The notes under the pieces: model-generated
What the model was told of the DNA's origin: nothing
The model's input: the letters and a program-made list of their open reading frames with translations, nothing else
Databases searched by the model: none
Program-made: the position numbers and the translations under genes
Part shown: positions 1 to 9,716 of the stretch, in pieces
How the letters are laid out: every line of letters begins with the position of its first letter
Numbering within the stretch: the first letter of the stretch is position 1
NCBI GenBank assembly: GCA_012032075.1
Contig: JAAURU010000001.1
Coordinates: forward strand, 1-37,579
Reading direction: 5' to 3'
From: Flavobacterium sp.
Lineage (GTDB): Bacteria > Bacteroidota > Bacteroidia > Flavobacteriales > Flavobacteriaceae
DNA length: 37,579 nt

Positions 1-205
1 CACCAGAACTCAATCCAGCAGAACTCGTTTGGCTTAATATGAAAAGGAAAACCACAAAATAAAATATATAAAACAATGGAGGAACTTAAACTTAAACTAG
101 ATGAAATAGTTAAAGAATTAATCACTGAAAACTTCATAAAAAACCTATGTGGTTTCGACTATTTTTTTGCTTAAATTAGACTATTAAATATATCTAAATG
201 GTATA
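1..205 (+). mobile_element. 3' end of IS630-family insertion sequence (transposase C-terminus, truncated by window edge)
   Basis: Frame from nt 3 reads PELNPAELVWLNMKRKTT, matching the IS630/Tc1 (S)PELNPIE-W motif with the catalytic Glu. After a 1-nt slip at the A-run 56-59 it continues NKIYKTMEELKLKLDEIVKELITENFIKNLCGFDYFFA* (stop 172-174). Right end placed tentatively at ...AAATGGTATA (205), ending in TA; the partner end is outside the window. Confidence 0.75.
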
Positions 206-292
206 AAATAATTTTTATCGGTTTTTTTTATGCCTTGTAAGCCCTTATGAATAAACGGTTTTTCGTTTTATTTTCATTTTTTTCATTTTATT

Positions 293-320
293 TAAAACCA
301 TAGTACTCTTTTCTTCGTAA
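293..320 (+). promoter_or_regulatory. putative ECF-sigma promoter (TAAAAC-N17-CGTAA)
   Basis: AAAC ends at 298 and CGTA starts at 316, the AAC/CGT geometry typical of ECF promoters; directly upstream of the beta-barrel/fasciclin operon. Confidence 0.45.
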
Positions 321-353
321 ATGAGTGAAAGTGTAAAACTAAAACGATTTAAT

Positions 354-1241
354 ATGATGATTAAAAAGCAATTACTATTAATTTTAGCTGTAACAACATT
401 AGGGTATGTTAATACAGTTTATTCGCAAAGTCCAATTAATGGCTTCATGCAAGGTAAAGGAAAAGGAAACGTTTCTGTTTCTTACAGCTCAGAAAAATAT
501 AATGAGGTTTATTTAGTGCCAGATTTTGTAGATGGAGTACCAGTCTTTAATGAAGTGCAAATTTCAAGTGCTTCTTTATATGCTACTTATGGTATAACAG
601 ATCAACTTGAAGTTGTTTTGTCTTTACCTTATATTTCTGCAGAAGGAAATGCCTCACAAGAAGTGTTAGACAACTTAAATTTTGAAAATAAAAGAAGCGG
701 TTTGCAAGATGTTTCTGTTTTTGTAAAGTATAATCCCTTTTATTTCGATTATGGTTCTTCTTCTGTGCGCTTAATTGCATCTGTAGGAGTAAAAACACCA
801 GTTGGTAGTTATGATGAAAATGAAGGACTACAATCTATTATCGCTATTGGGAACAGAAGTACTACAGTAAGTGCTCTTGGTTTAGCTATGTTTAAAATGG
901 ACTCAGGATTTTTTGCTACTGGGCAATTTGGAGGAAATTTTGCTACTAACGACGTACCGAATTCGACTTTTTCTGAACTTAAATTAGGTTACGCTGTTTC
1001 AAAATTTTATGGAGATGCTTTCTTAGCCAATCAAGTTTCTACTAGTGGAGTGGATATTTTAGGTGAAGGATTTCAAGGCTTCTTTCCTGCAACAAGAGTA
1101 AGTTATACTAAAATTGGAGTAAATTTATATACTCCTATTTATAAAGAATTTGGTATAGGTACTGGAATAAGTACGTTGTTAGCTGGAAGAAATATTGGAA
1201 AAGCAACGGGTGTTTATGGTGCCTTAGTGTACAAATTTTAA
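354..1241 (+). CDS. putative outer-membrane beta-barrel protein (MetA-pathway/transporter-like)
   Basis: Signal peptide from Met at 354/357 (ORF track starts at 321), amphipathic beta-strands, SGLQD...VKY and GVKTPVGSY motifs, C-terminal YKF (BAM signal). Confidence 0.65.
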   Translation: MMIKKQLLLILAVTTLGYVNTVYSQSPINGFMQGKGKGNVSVSYSSEKYNEVYLVPDFVDGVPVFNEVQISSASLYATYGITDQLEVVLSLPYISAEGNASQEVLDNLNFENKRSGLQDVSVFVKYNPFYFDYGSSSVRLIASVGVKTPVGSYDENEGLQSIIAIGNRSTTVSALGLAMFKMDSGFFATGQFGGNFATNDVPNSTFSELKLGYAVSKFYGDAFLANQVSTSGVDILGEGFQGFFPATRVSYTKIGVNLYTPIYKEFGIGTGISTLLAGRNIGKATGVYGALVYKF

Positions 1242-1265
1242 TTACTAATTCTAAATTTTAAGAAA

Positions 1266-2225
1266 ATGAAAAATATAAATATAAAAAGCGCTTTAGTAGC
1301 CTTTACATTACTAGGAACATTAATTTCTTGTGATAATGATTATGCAGATGAAAAACCAACAATTGCTAACATAGCGGTAACAAATGCAGCATTTAGTACG
1401 CTTGAAGCGGCAGCTATTCAAGGTGGTGTTGCAGTAGTTTTGAGTAACAAAAATCCAAATGATCCCTCAGGAAATTATACTGTTTTTGCACCTACAAATG
1501 ATGCTTTTGCAAAATTAGGTCTTGTAAATGCAGGAAGTTTAGGAGCTCTGCAAAATGGTTTCTTAACAAGTACATTACTTTATCATGTTTCCAATGGGAA
1601 CTTATTGGCAAACCAAATTTCAGCAGGTAACGCTTCTGCATCAGCATTAGGAGTTGACAGACGTTTTATTAGCAGAGGAAATGATTTATATATTAATGGT
1701 TCAAAAATTATACTTACTAATGTAAGTGCGAGCAACGGAACTGTTCATGCTATTGATAAAGTAATGATTGCAACTGGAGTTAATATTGTTGAATCGGCTT
1801 TATTATTAAATGACGCTAAAGTATTTAAAAACCCAGAATTAACATTTTTAGTACAAGCGGTTGTTGCTTCTGGTTTAGCACCAATTTTAGCTGATCCAGC
1901 AAATAATTTTACTATTTATGCTCCTACAGATGCTGCTTTTAAAGCTGCCGGATTTGCTACCAAAGAAGAAGTTGCTGCTTTGCCACAAGCTACATTGCAA
2001 CAAATTTTATTAAATCATGCAATAGGTGGTGGAAAATTTACTTCTGAACAAACAAGTACAACTGCAATGACAGCTGGAGGAGGAACTTTAACATATAGTC
2101 CATTTATGAATGGAGTTTTCACAATAAAAAGTAATGGAATAGATACACCTGCAAATATGGTTATTCCAGATATTCAATGTTCTAACGGAGTAGTACATTT
2201 AATTGATAAAATTTTGCTACCATAA
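1266..2225 (+). CDS. fasciclin (FAS1) domain lipoprotein, two FAS1 repeats
   Basis: Lipobox LISC; twice TVFAPTNDAF / TIYAPTDAAF and NGTVHAIDKV / NGVVHLIDKIL FAS1 motifs. Confidence 0.93.
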   Translation: MKNINIKSALVAFTLLGTLISCDNDYADEKPTIANIAVTNAAFSTLEAAAIQGGVAVVLSNKNPNDPSGNYTVFAPTNDAFAKLGLVNAGSLGALQNGFLTSTLLYHVSNGNLLANQISAGNASASALGVDRRFISRGNDLYINGSKIILTNVSASNGTVHAIDKVMIATGVNIVESALLLNDAKVFKNPELTFLVQAVVASGLAPILADPANNFTIYAPTDAAFKAAGFATKEEVAALPQATLQQILLNHAIGGGKFTSEQTSTTAMTAGGGTLTYSPFMNGVFTIKSNGIDTPANMVIPDIQCSNGVVHLIDKILLP

Positions 2226-2244
2226 ATTAATTTTTTTGAGAAGG

Positions 2245-2274
2245 AAAGCCCTGCAAATATGTGGGGCTTTTTTT
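2245..2274 (+). terminator. intrinsic terminator
   Basis: AAAGCCCTGC-aaatat-GTGGGGCTTT followed by T-run, 20 nt after the fasciclin stop. Confidence 0.85.
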
Positions 2275-2276
2275 GC

Positions 2277-2302
2277 GTAACATTTTTTTACTCTTACCGA
2301 CT
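2277..2302 (+). promoter_or_regulatory. putative ECF-sigma promoter (GTAAC-N16-CGACT)
   Basis: GTAAC 2277-2281 and CGAC from 2298, about 30 nt upstream of the ATG at 2331. Confidence 0.45.
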
Positions 2303-2330
2303 AATAAGTAAACTTTAAAACGTACAAATT

Positions 2331-3129
2331 ATGCAAGCACATGAAATTGATTACCAAATTTTTGGTGAAGAAATGCAATATGTAGAAATAGAATTAGATC
2401 CACAAGAAGTCGTTGTTGCAGAAGCAGGAAGCTTTATGATGATGGATAGTGGTATTAAAATGGAAACCATTTTTGGAGACGGTAGCAAACAAGAAGGAGG
2501 AATTTTTGGTAAGTTATTGTCTGCTGGAAAAAGAGTTTTAACAGGTGAAAGTTTGTTTATGACGGCATATCAAAATGTGGAATATGGAAAGAAAAAAGTA
2601 TGCTTTGCTTCACCTTATCCTGGGAAAATTGTACCAATTGATTTGCAACAATTTGGAGGTAAGTTTGTTTGCCAAAAAGACTCTTTTTTATGCGCTGCAA
2701 AAGGGGTTTTCTGTTGGAATTGAATTCACTAAAAAATTAGGAACAGGATTGTTTGGTGGAGAGGGTTTCATCATGCAAAAAATAGAAGGAGACGGAATGG
2801 CTTTTGTACACTCAGGGGGAACTTTAGCTAAAAAAGAATTACAATCTGGAGAATTATTGCGAGTAGATACGGGTTGTTTAGTAGGTTTTACCAAAGATGT
2901 AGATTATGATATTGAATTTGTAGGTGGCATTAAAAATACTATTTTTGGTGGAGAAGGTGTTTTTTTTGCAACACTTCGTGGTCCTGGAACCGTTTTTATT
3001 CAATCGTTACCATTTAGTAGATTGGCAGGAAGAATATACGCAAGCGCTCCTCAAAACGGAGGAAGTAGAGAAGAAGGAAGTCTTTTAGGTGGACTAGGAA
3101 GAATGTTAGATGGAGATAATAGATTTTAG
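2331..3129 (+). CDS. TIGR00266 / AIM24 family protein (one frameshift near 2703-2710)
   Basis: ORFs 2331-2723 and 2575-3129 join at AAGGGGTTTTCTG; motifs AEAGSFMMM, LTGESLF, GLFGGEGF, GPGTVFIQSLPFSRLA. Confidence 0.9.
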
Positions 3130-3173
3130 CAAGACTTTTTATCTGGCAATGAATAAATTGCGATAGACTTCAT

Positions 3174-3207
3174 AAAAAATCCCGTTCCGAGAATCGGAAC
3201 GGGATTT
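3174..3207. terminator. intrinsic terminator between convergent genes (probably bidirectional)
   Basis: 14-bp perfect stem AAATCCCGTTCCGA/TCGGAACGGGATTT with 3-nt loop. Confidence 0.9.
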
Positions 3208-3228
3208 ATACTATATTATTTGTTTTTC

Positions 3229-3912
3229 TTAGAACTGAAAACCTATTCTAATTCCACCGAAAACATTAGAATTAAAGTTTGATTCTTTTGAACCATTTAT
3301 AGTGTCAGACTCTTCATTGTTTCCTAATTTTCCTGAGATTTCAGTGTCTTTAACTTTTGTAGAAATAAAATTTAAACCAGCCTCAACTCCTAAGTATACT
3401 TTTTGAGCAATGTAATAATCTGCTCCTGTAAATACAGCAACTCCAAAATTTGTAGTTTTCTCGTTTCTTCTTAAATAGTTTCCATTCTCTGCAAGAACTT
3501 CACTATCATTTTTTCCAAAACCTAGAATCAAATCTGCTCCTCCATAAGTTGATAATCTGTTTGAACCAGCAAAATGCTTTTCAATACCTAATTTTATATT
3601 ACTTACATTATCAGTTGTAGTTAAATTCCCATTTACAACTAATGGAAAACTGAAACCTGTATAATTGTCACTACCATCTCTTTCATTTTTTTCATTATCT
3701 ATACCTAAACCAACTCTTACGGCTAAATCTTCTTTTAAGAAATACCTGAACTTTAATGCTCCACCATTCAAATTGAAATTAGCATTGTTTAAACCACCTG
3801 TTAAACCTACTTCTGTTGTTACAGTTCCTGTTGTTGGTTTGTAAGAAACCTCTTCTTGTGCGTTTGCTGTAAAAGCAAAAAATCCTAGGGCAATTAATAA
3901 AACTTTTTTCAT
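3229..3912 (-). CDS. outer-membrane beta-barrel protein (small OmpA/porin-like barrel)
   Basis: Signal peptide MKKVLLIALGFFAFTANAQ, alternating beta-strands, C-terminal GIRIGFQF. Confidence 0.8.
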   Translation of the reverse strand: MKKVLLIALGFFAFTANAQEEVSYKPTTGTVTTEVGLTGGLNNANFNLNGGALKFRYFLKEDLAVRVGLGIDNEKNERDGSDNYTGFSFPLVVNGNLTTTDNVSNIKLGIEKHFAGSNRLSTYGGADLILGFGKNDSEVLAENGNYLRRNEKTTNFGVAVFTGADYYIAQKVYLGVEAGLNFISTKVKDTEISGKLGNNEESDTINGSKESNFNSNVFGGIRIGFQF

Positions 3913-3966
3913 TGATAAATTAAATTTTAGTTATACTATTTTTTTGGTAATAGCAATAATTGAACG

Positions 3967-3974
3967 CAAATATA
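3967..3974 (-). promoter_or_regulatory. Bacteroidota primary-sigma -7 box TATATTTG
   Basis: Exact TAnnTTTG on minus strand 55 nt upstream of the barrel gene start. Confidence 0.6.
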
Positions 3975-3993
3975 TATAAAAAAGTATGTATTA

Positions 3994-6125
3994 CTAATGT
4001 TTTTTTAAATCTCTTACACTCATATTATACAAGGTAAAAGCTTGCATGTCCACAAACTCCTGAATAATAGCACTTACCGATTTTCCCGCTCCATGACCAG
4101 CATTTACATCGATGCGTATTAATGTTGGGTTTGGTCCCGTTTGTTTGGCTTGAAGTTCGGCAGCGAATTTAAAACTGTGTGCAGGAACTACTCTGTCATC
4201 ATGGTCACCAGTTGTTACTAAAGTGGCTGGATATTTTGTGCCTGCTTTTACATTATGAACAGGTGAATACCCTTTTAAGTAATCAAACATTGTTGCCGAT
4301 TGCTCACTTGTACCATAATCGTAAGCCCAACCAGCACCTGCTGTAAAAGTATGGTATCGTAACATATCGAGTACTCCTACACCTGGAATAGCTACTTTCA
4401 TTAAATCGGGTCTTTGTGTCATCGTTGCTCCAACTAGTAAACCACCGTTTGAACGACCAGAAATCGCTAAATAATCAGATGAGGTGTATTTTTCTTTGAT
4501 TAAATATTCGGCAGCAGCGATGAAGTCGTCAAATACATTTTGTTTTTGCATTTGTGTTCCGGCATCATGCCATTTTTTGCCATATTCTCCACCACCTCTT
4601 AAATTTGGCACTGCATAAATGCCTCCGTTTTCTAACCAAACCGCATTGGCAACACTAAAACTTGGTGTTAAACTAATGTTGAATCCTCCATAACCGTATA
4701 ACATCGTTGGGTTTTTTCCATTTAATTCCACTCCTTTTTTATAGGTAATTAGCATTGGAATTTTTGTTCCATCTTTTGAAGTATAAAAAACTTGTTTCGA
4801 CTCATAATCTTCCGATTTAAAATCTACTTTTGGTTTTTGATAAATTTCCGATTTTCCTGTTTTTGGGTCATAAGCATAAATGGTTCCAGGAGTAGTATAA
4901 TTGGTAAACGAATAATACAAAATAGTTTCCTCTTTTTTACCTCCAATACCACCTGCTGAACCTATTCCTGGTAATTCAATATCTCGAACTAATTTACCGT
5001 CATACTCATATTGTTTAATGTAAGAAACGGCATCTTTCATGTATTCGGCAAAGAAATAACCACCACCAGTAGATGTTGACAATACATTTCCTGTTTCTGG
5101 AATAAAATCTACCCAATTTTCTTGTTTTGGGTTGACCAAATCAAAAGTTACAACACGCTGGTTTGGGGCTTTATAATCGGTAGAAACATAAAATTTAGTA
5201 CCTACGTTTTCAATATAATCATTGTTGCTTTCAAAATTGTCTATAATATTTACAATTGGACTATTTTTAGTTAAATCTTTGTAATATAACTCATTTCCAG
5301 TAGTAGAATTTGCTCCTGAAATGATTAAATAGTTCTCATCTTCAGTAACATAACCACTTACATATCTTCTTTTTTTTGTGTCTCCAAAAACAACTTTATC
5401 TTCTTTTTGATTGGTTCCTAATTTATGAAAATATAACTTATGTTGGTCGGTTTTTGCAGAAAGTTCACTTCCATTCGGTTTGTCATAACTCGAATAATAA
5501 AAACCTTCATTTTTGTACCAAGAAACACCGCTAAATTTTACATTGACAATGGTATCTCCTATAATTTCTTTAGTTTCTGTTTTTATTACAATTACTTTTC
5601 TCCAATCGCTTCCACCTTCAGAAATAGCATAAGCAGCTAAACTACCATCTTTGGTAAAATTAACACCTCCTAAAGAAGTGGTGCCATCTTTTGAAAACGT
5701 ATTTGGATCTAAAAAAACTTCGATTTTTCCAGCACTATTTTTTCGGTACAAAACCGATTGATTTTGAAGGCCATCATTTTTATAAAAATAGGTATAATTT
5801 CCTTCTTTAAACGGAGCTGAAATTTTTTCATAATTCCATAATTGCTCCATTCTTTCTTTTAGTTGTTTTCTAAAAGGTATTTTTTCTAAATAGCCAAAAG
5901 TAACTTCATTTTGTGCTTTTACCCAAGCTTCCGTTTCAGTACTTCTATCATCTTCAAGCCATCGATAGGGATCTTCAACTTTTATTCCAAAATAAGTATC
6001 GGTTGTATCAACTTTTTTGTTTCAGGATAAATAACACTCATGTCTAATTCTTTTGTTTGTGTTTCTTCTTTTTTACAGGCTACAAATGTAGTTATTGCAA
6101 GAAGTAAGATTACTGTTTTTTTCAT
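3994..6125 (-). CDS. prolyl oligopeptidase, S9A family, lipoprotein (one frameshift at T-run 6013-6018)
   Basis: GRSNGG nucleophile motif, DDRV and AGHGAG catalytic Asp/His, LYGYGGF. N-terminus MKKTVILLLAITTFVAC; adding one base restores [28 protein letters not shown] in frame with ORF 3994-5850. Confidence 0.95.
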
Positions 6126-6180
6126 TAGTTGTATTTTTGTTTCTTCACAAAAATAAGGAATTGATATGTTAAGTAGTGTT

Positions 6181-6219
6181 AAAAAGAAAACTCCATCTTG
6201 ATTAGGATGGAGTCTTTTT
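6181..6219 (-). terminator. intrinsic terminator of TonB receptor operon
   Basis: Minus strand ACTCCATCC-taatca-AGATGGAGT followed by TTTCTTTTT. Confidence 0.8.
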
Positions 6220-6237
6220 GAAAATTTCATTTTTATA

Positions 6238-6804
6238 TTAATTTACTACAACAGGGAAACTTACTTCTGCATCAGTTGAACCACCAGCATTAGCAATATT
6301 CCCATTTGCTACTCCACTTGCAGTTTTATTTGGTAAGTGTCTTAAAGTTATAGTTAAGTTACCTGTTGATGCAGTTCCTGCAATTAAAGTAAAATCGACT
6401 CCTATTGGGTTTCCATTTGCATCAACATTATTAGCGTTATAAGTAATTGTACCTAATGTGGATGGTAATTGATAGAAAATTTGGTGATCTGCTCCTTCTT
6501 CTTCTACTTCTTCTGTAATGTCTTCAACTGGGTTTGCTAATTCATTTAAGAAAGTAGTTGAACCCACGTAAGTTGTTCCAGTAATTAAATTTCCTGAAAC
6601 TGTTACTACTGGTGCATTTGGACCGTCTCCGTCTAAATCTCTCGATACTAAAGAAATAGTTTGTCCACCTCCTATAAGTGTTACTCTTACCGTTGTTATT
6701 ACTTCCTCTTCGTTTACTGGTGTTGTAACATCATCATCGTTATTACAAGATGAAAAAGCAATTAATGCTATAGCTAGAACTGTGATTGATTTTAATTTTT
6801 TCAT
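6238..6804 (-). CDS. acidic lipoprotein co-transcribed with TonB-dependent receptor
   Basis: Lipobox FSSC; motifs EEEVITT, DLDGDGP, EEEGADHQIFY, LRHLPNK; 12 nt downstream of receptor stop. Confidence 0.75.
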   Translation of the reverse strand: MKKLKSITVLAIALIAFSSCNNDDDVTTPVNEEEVITTVRVTLIGGGQTISLVSRDLDGDGPNAPVVTVSGNLITGTTYVGSTTFLNELANPVEDITEEVEEEGADHQIFYQLPSTLGTITYNANNVDANGNPIGVDFTLIAGTASTGNLTITLRHLPNKTASGVANGNIANAGGSTDAEVSFPVVVN

Positions 6805-6816
6805 GATTTTTGTTTT

Positions 6817-9194
6817 TTAATAATTTAATTTTAATTGAATTTGAAAATTTCTACCCATTTCGTCAACAAAAAAGCGTTGTCGATTGAGGTAATCGCGATA
6901 CGTTGTGTTACATATATTTTGAACCGAAAAAGCCGTTGTTAAATAGCTATGCTTACTTATTTTAAAGCTCATTTCACTATAAAAATGTAGTAGATGATAC
7001 CCTTTAGGAGGAGTGCTTACATCAACTAAAACAGGAGTTAATGTATTATCGACAATAATATTTGTTTCAAAATTATAGTTGGGAAAACGATTTTGACGAA
7101 AAACCAATTCGCTTTTTAATTCGGTAACTAAGTTATGCCAAGATTCATTTTTATATTGTACTTTGTTGTTCCATACAAATGGAGGCATATCTATTAATGC
7201 TGCATCAGTAGAAAGGTTATTGCCATTTACATAAGCCAAATTAGATTCGTGAGAAAAATGTTCTGAGATATTCCATTTGGTACTCAAATCTACTCCCGTC
7301 AATAAAGCTTCTGTTTGTTTGAAATCCCAAACAGGAAAAGCTCCTCGAATAGTTGTTTCAAAACCAACAGGTTGTAAATAAATAAAATTTGAAATACGAT
7401 TAATAAAAGGATTTATTTCCATTATAAACGTTTGCCACTGTTTTTTTAGAGTGGTATTTAATTTATACGATTGTTCCTTTCTTAGACGTAAGTCTCCTAT
7501 TTCTATTTGTCCAGTAGAATGATGTAACCCATCACTGAATAATTCTGAAGGATTTGGATTTCTTGATGCTAAACTTGTATTTATAAACCATTCTATTTCA
7601 TGATGAAACTGTTTTCGAAAACCAATATTTCCTGAAATGTTATGATACTGGAATTTTGGTTTGGTTAGCCATTGAATTCCTTCTTCACCTATAATGAAAG
7701 AACTAAAAGTAGCATCATAGTTACGTTCTTCCCATCTTGATTTAAAGTAATACTTTGTAGCTTCGATAGCAGAAAAATCATAGCGTAAACCACTTTCTAA
7801 CAAACTAGAATTGTCAAATTTATAAATGGCTATTCCATATGAACCAGCATCTAACTTTTCATAACTAGGAATTAAAGGTCTTACACCAGTTTGCGGATTG
7901 GCAAAATTGTTTTGATAACCAAGATTAAACCCCGATTTTATTTTCCAATTTCCAAAAGTGGTGTTGTAATCGGTTAAGAAAGTGTGTGTAGCTAATTGTA
8001 AATCTAATGCTGCTTTATTATTTAAATTATTTCTTCGAATATCAAATTCTAAGCGATTGTTGAATTGGAATGCATATTGAACATCAAAAGAAGCATTGTC
8101 ATTTAGCCATTTCTTGTAATTTAATTTAGCGATATGATGTTGTACTTCTTGCTTAGGAGCGACAATAGTATAAGTAAAGGGTCTAGTAACACTTGGTATT
8201 TGATTGTCTATAGCGTTGTTTAAATCATTTACGTTACCAATGTGAGAAGCTTCAATAATTCCTATTTGTGCATTATACAAACTATACATTGCGCTAAGAC
8301 TGTAATCCTTTTTGGTATATTGAATACTTCCAGAAAGATTTTGCTCTCTATTTCCAGAATTTGTTAGTACATATTTAGGCGCTTCTCTATCCCCTAAATA
8401 TTTATAGGTTCCAATTAAGTTCCAACTCCAACCATACAATTTTCCTTTTTGAATCGATGAACTTAAACTACCACCACGACCATTTGAATCTAAATTTAAA
8501 ATAGTTTTACTAACTAAAGTGTCTTTTTGATGACTTCGGGTTCGATAATTACAATGCCTCCTATGGCATCACCACCATATTGTAAGGTAGAAGCTCCTTT
8601 TACAACGGTAATTTTTCCAGCGGTATTTACATCAAAATTAGGAGCATGTTCTGTTCCCCATTGCTGGTCTTCTAATCTTACATTGTTATTAATAATAGGT
8701 ACTCTACTACTGTGTAAACCATTAATAACAGGTTTTACAATGGTACTGCCTGTTTTTAAAATAGATACTCCCGAAACTTCTTTTAAAGCATTTCCTAAAG
8801 TTTGATTACTATACTTCTCTATAGTTTGAGTAGTTATAACTTGTTCATTACTACTTTCTGTTTTCGTATTTTTTGCTTGTAATACTATTGATTCTTCTAA
8901 GTTAATAATACTAGGTTTCAATTTAAAATTTAATACCGTATCCTTATTGATAGTAATAGTTTCAGTAATAGATTCGAAACCTATGTAAGAAATATAAATT
9001 TTTTGTTTTCCTTTTCGGATGTTTTCCAATAAAAAGTTTCCATCAATATTTGATGTAGTTGTTTGATTACCTATGTGAACATGAGTGTCTCTTAATGGGA
9101 TATTATTCTCATTGGTAACAGTTCCTCGAATGGCATACTGTCCAAAGCTTGAATAACAAACCAAAAAGAAAAGCATGATTAATTTGAACCGCAT
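6817..9194 (-). CDS. TonB-dependent outer-membrane receptor, putative metal transporter (one frameshift at T-run 8524-8528)
   Basis: N-terminal carboxypeptidase-regulatory-like domain, plug motifs KPVINGLHSSRV, QQWGTEH, VVKGASTLQYGGDAIGG; barrel ends MGRNFQIQLKLNY. ORFs 8514-9218 and 6817-8439 join by adding one base. Confidence 0.92.
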
Positions 9195-9260
9195 TTTCTT
9201 AGTTTTAAATAAAAGCACAATGTATCAGTTATTACTAATAATGATACTTGAAATATATTT

Positions 9261-9599
9261 TTAAACTAAGGAAGGTGGACCTCTTAAATAAAAGGAGTTT
9301 TTATGATAAGTTGAAGTATTCTCTTTACAATTAAAGCGATATAAAATTTCCTTGAAAGGGAAAAATAAAGAGTAAGTTACAATTTCGGGTGAAAGGAATG
9401 TAGCAAACTTAAAATCACAAGTATGACATTCTTTTTTTTCTGAAATTGTTTTTGAAAAACTAGTTGTTTTCTTGTTTAAAGCAACAATTTCTTTTTTATG
9501 ATGTGAATGATTTAAAAAAACATGCAACGATTGATAGCTCAAGGCTAAAATAACCGAAAGCATAAGAATACAGTTTAGTATTGCAATTTTTTTCTTCAT
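9261..9599 (-). CDS. DUF2946-like upstream ORF: TM/signal segment, His-rich, CxxC, C-terminal RGPP
   Basis: MKKKIAILNCILMLSVILALSYQSLHVFLNHSHH...ECHTCDF...LRGPPSLV*; start 9599 preferred over 9650. Confidence 0.8.
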   Translation of the reverse strand: MKKKIAILNCILMLSVILALSYQSLHVFLNHSHHKKEIVALNKKTTSFSKTISEKKECHTCDFKFATFLSPEIVTYSLFFPFKEILYRFNCKENTSTYHKNSFYLRGPPSLV

Positions 9600-9605
9600 C
9601 GAAAG

Positions 9606-9613
9606 CAAATATA
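9606..9613 (-). promoter_or_regulatory. -7 box TATATTTG of leader ORF / TonB operon
   Basis: Exact TAnnTTTG, 6 nt before the ATG at 9599; TTTG at 9640-9637 as possible -33. Confidence 0.6.
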
Positions 9614-9637
9614 ACAAGTTTATTGTTTTTTTAATGC

Positions 9638-9665
9638 AAAAGAGTATCAAATTTGATACTCTTTT
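9638..9665. repeat. perfect 28-bp palindrome (asd terminator and/or operator)
   Basis: AAAAGAGTATCAAA|TTTGATACTCTTTT. Confidence 0.8.
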
Positions 9666-9716
9666 AACTATTTTATCAATACTTTATTTAGCTATGGTCT
9701 AAAAAACATATTTATT

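Noticed and set aside
239-261. Imperfect inverted repeat AAGCCCTTAT-GA-ATAAACGGTTT as a recombinase site
   Set aside because: Only about 7/10 symmetry, poor match to dif, and no integrase in the window.
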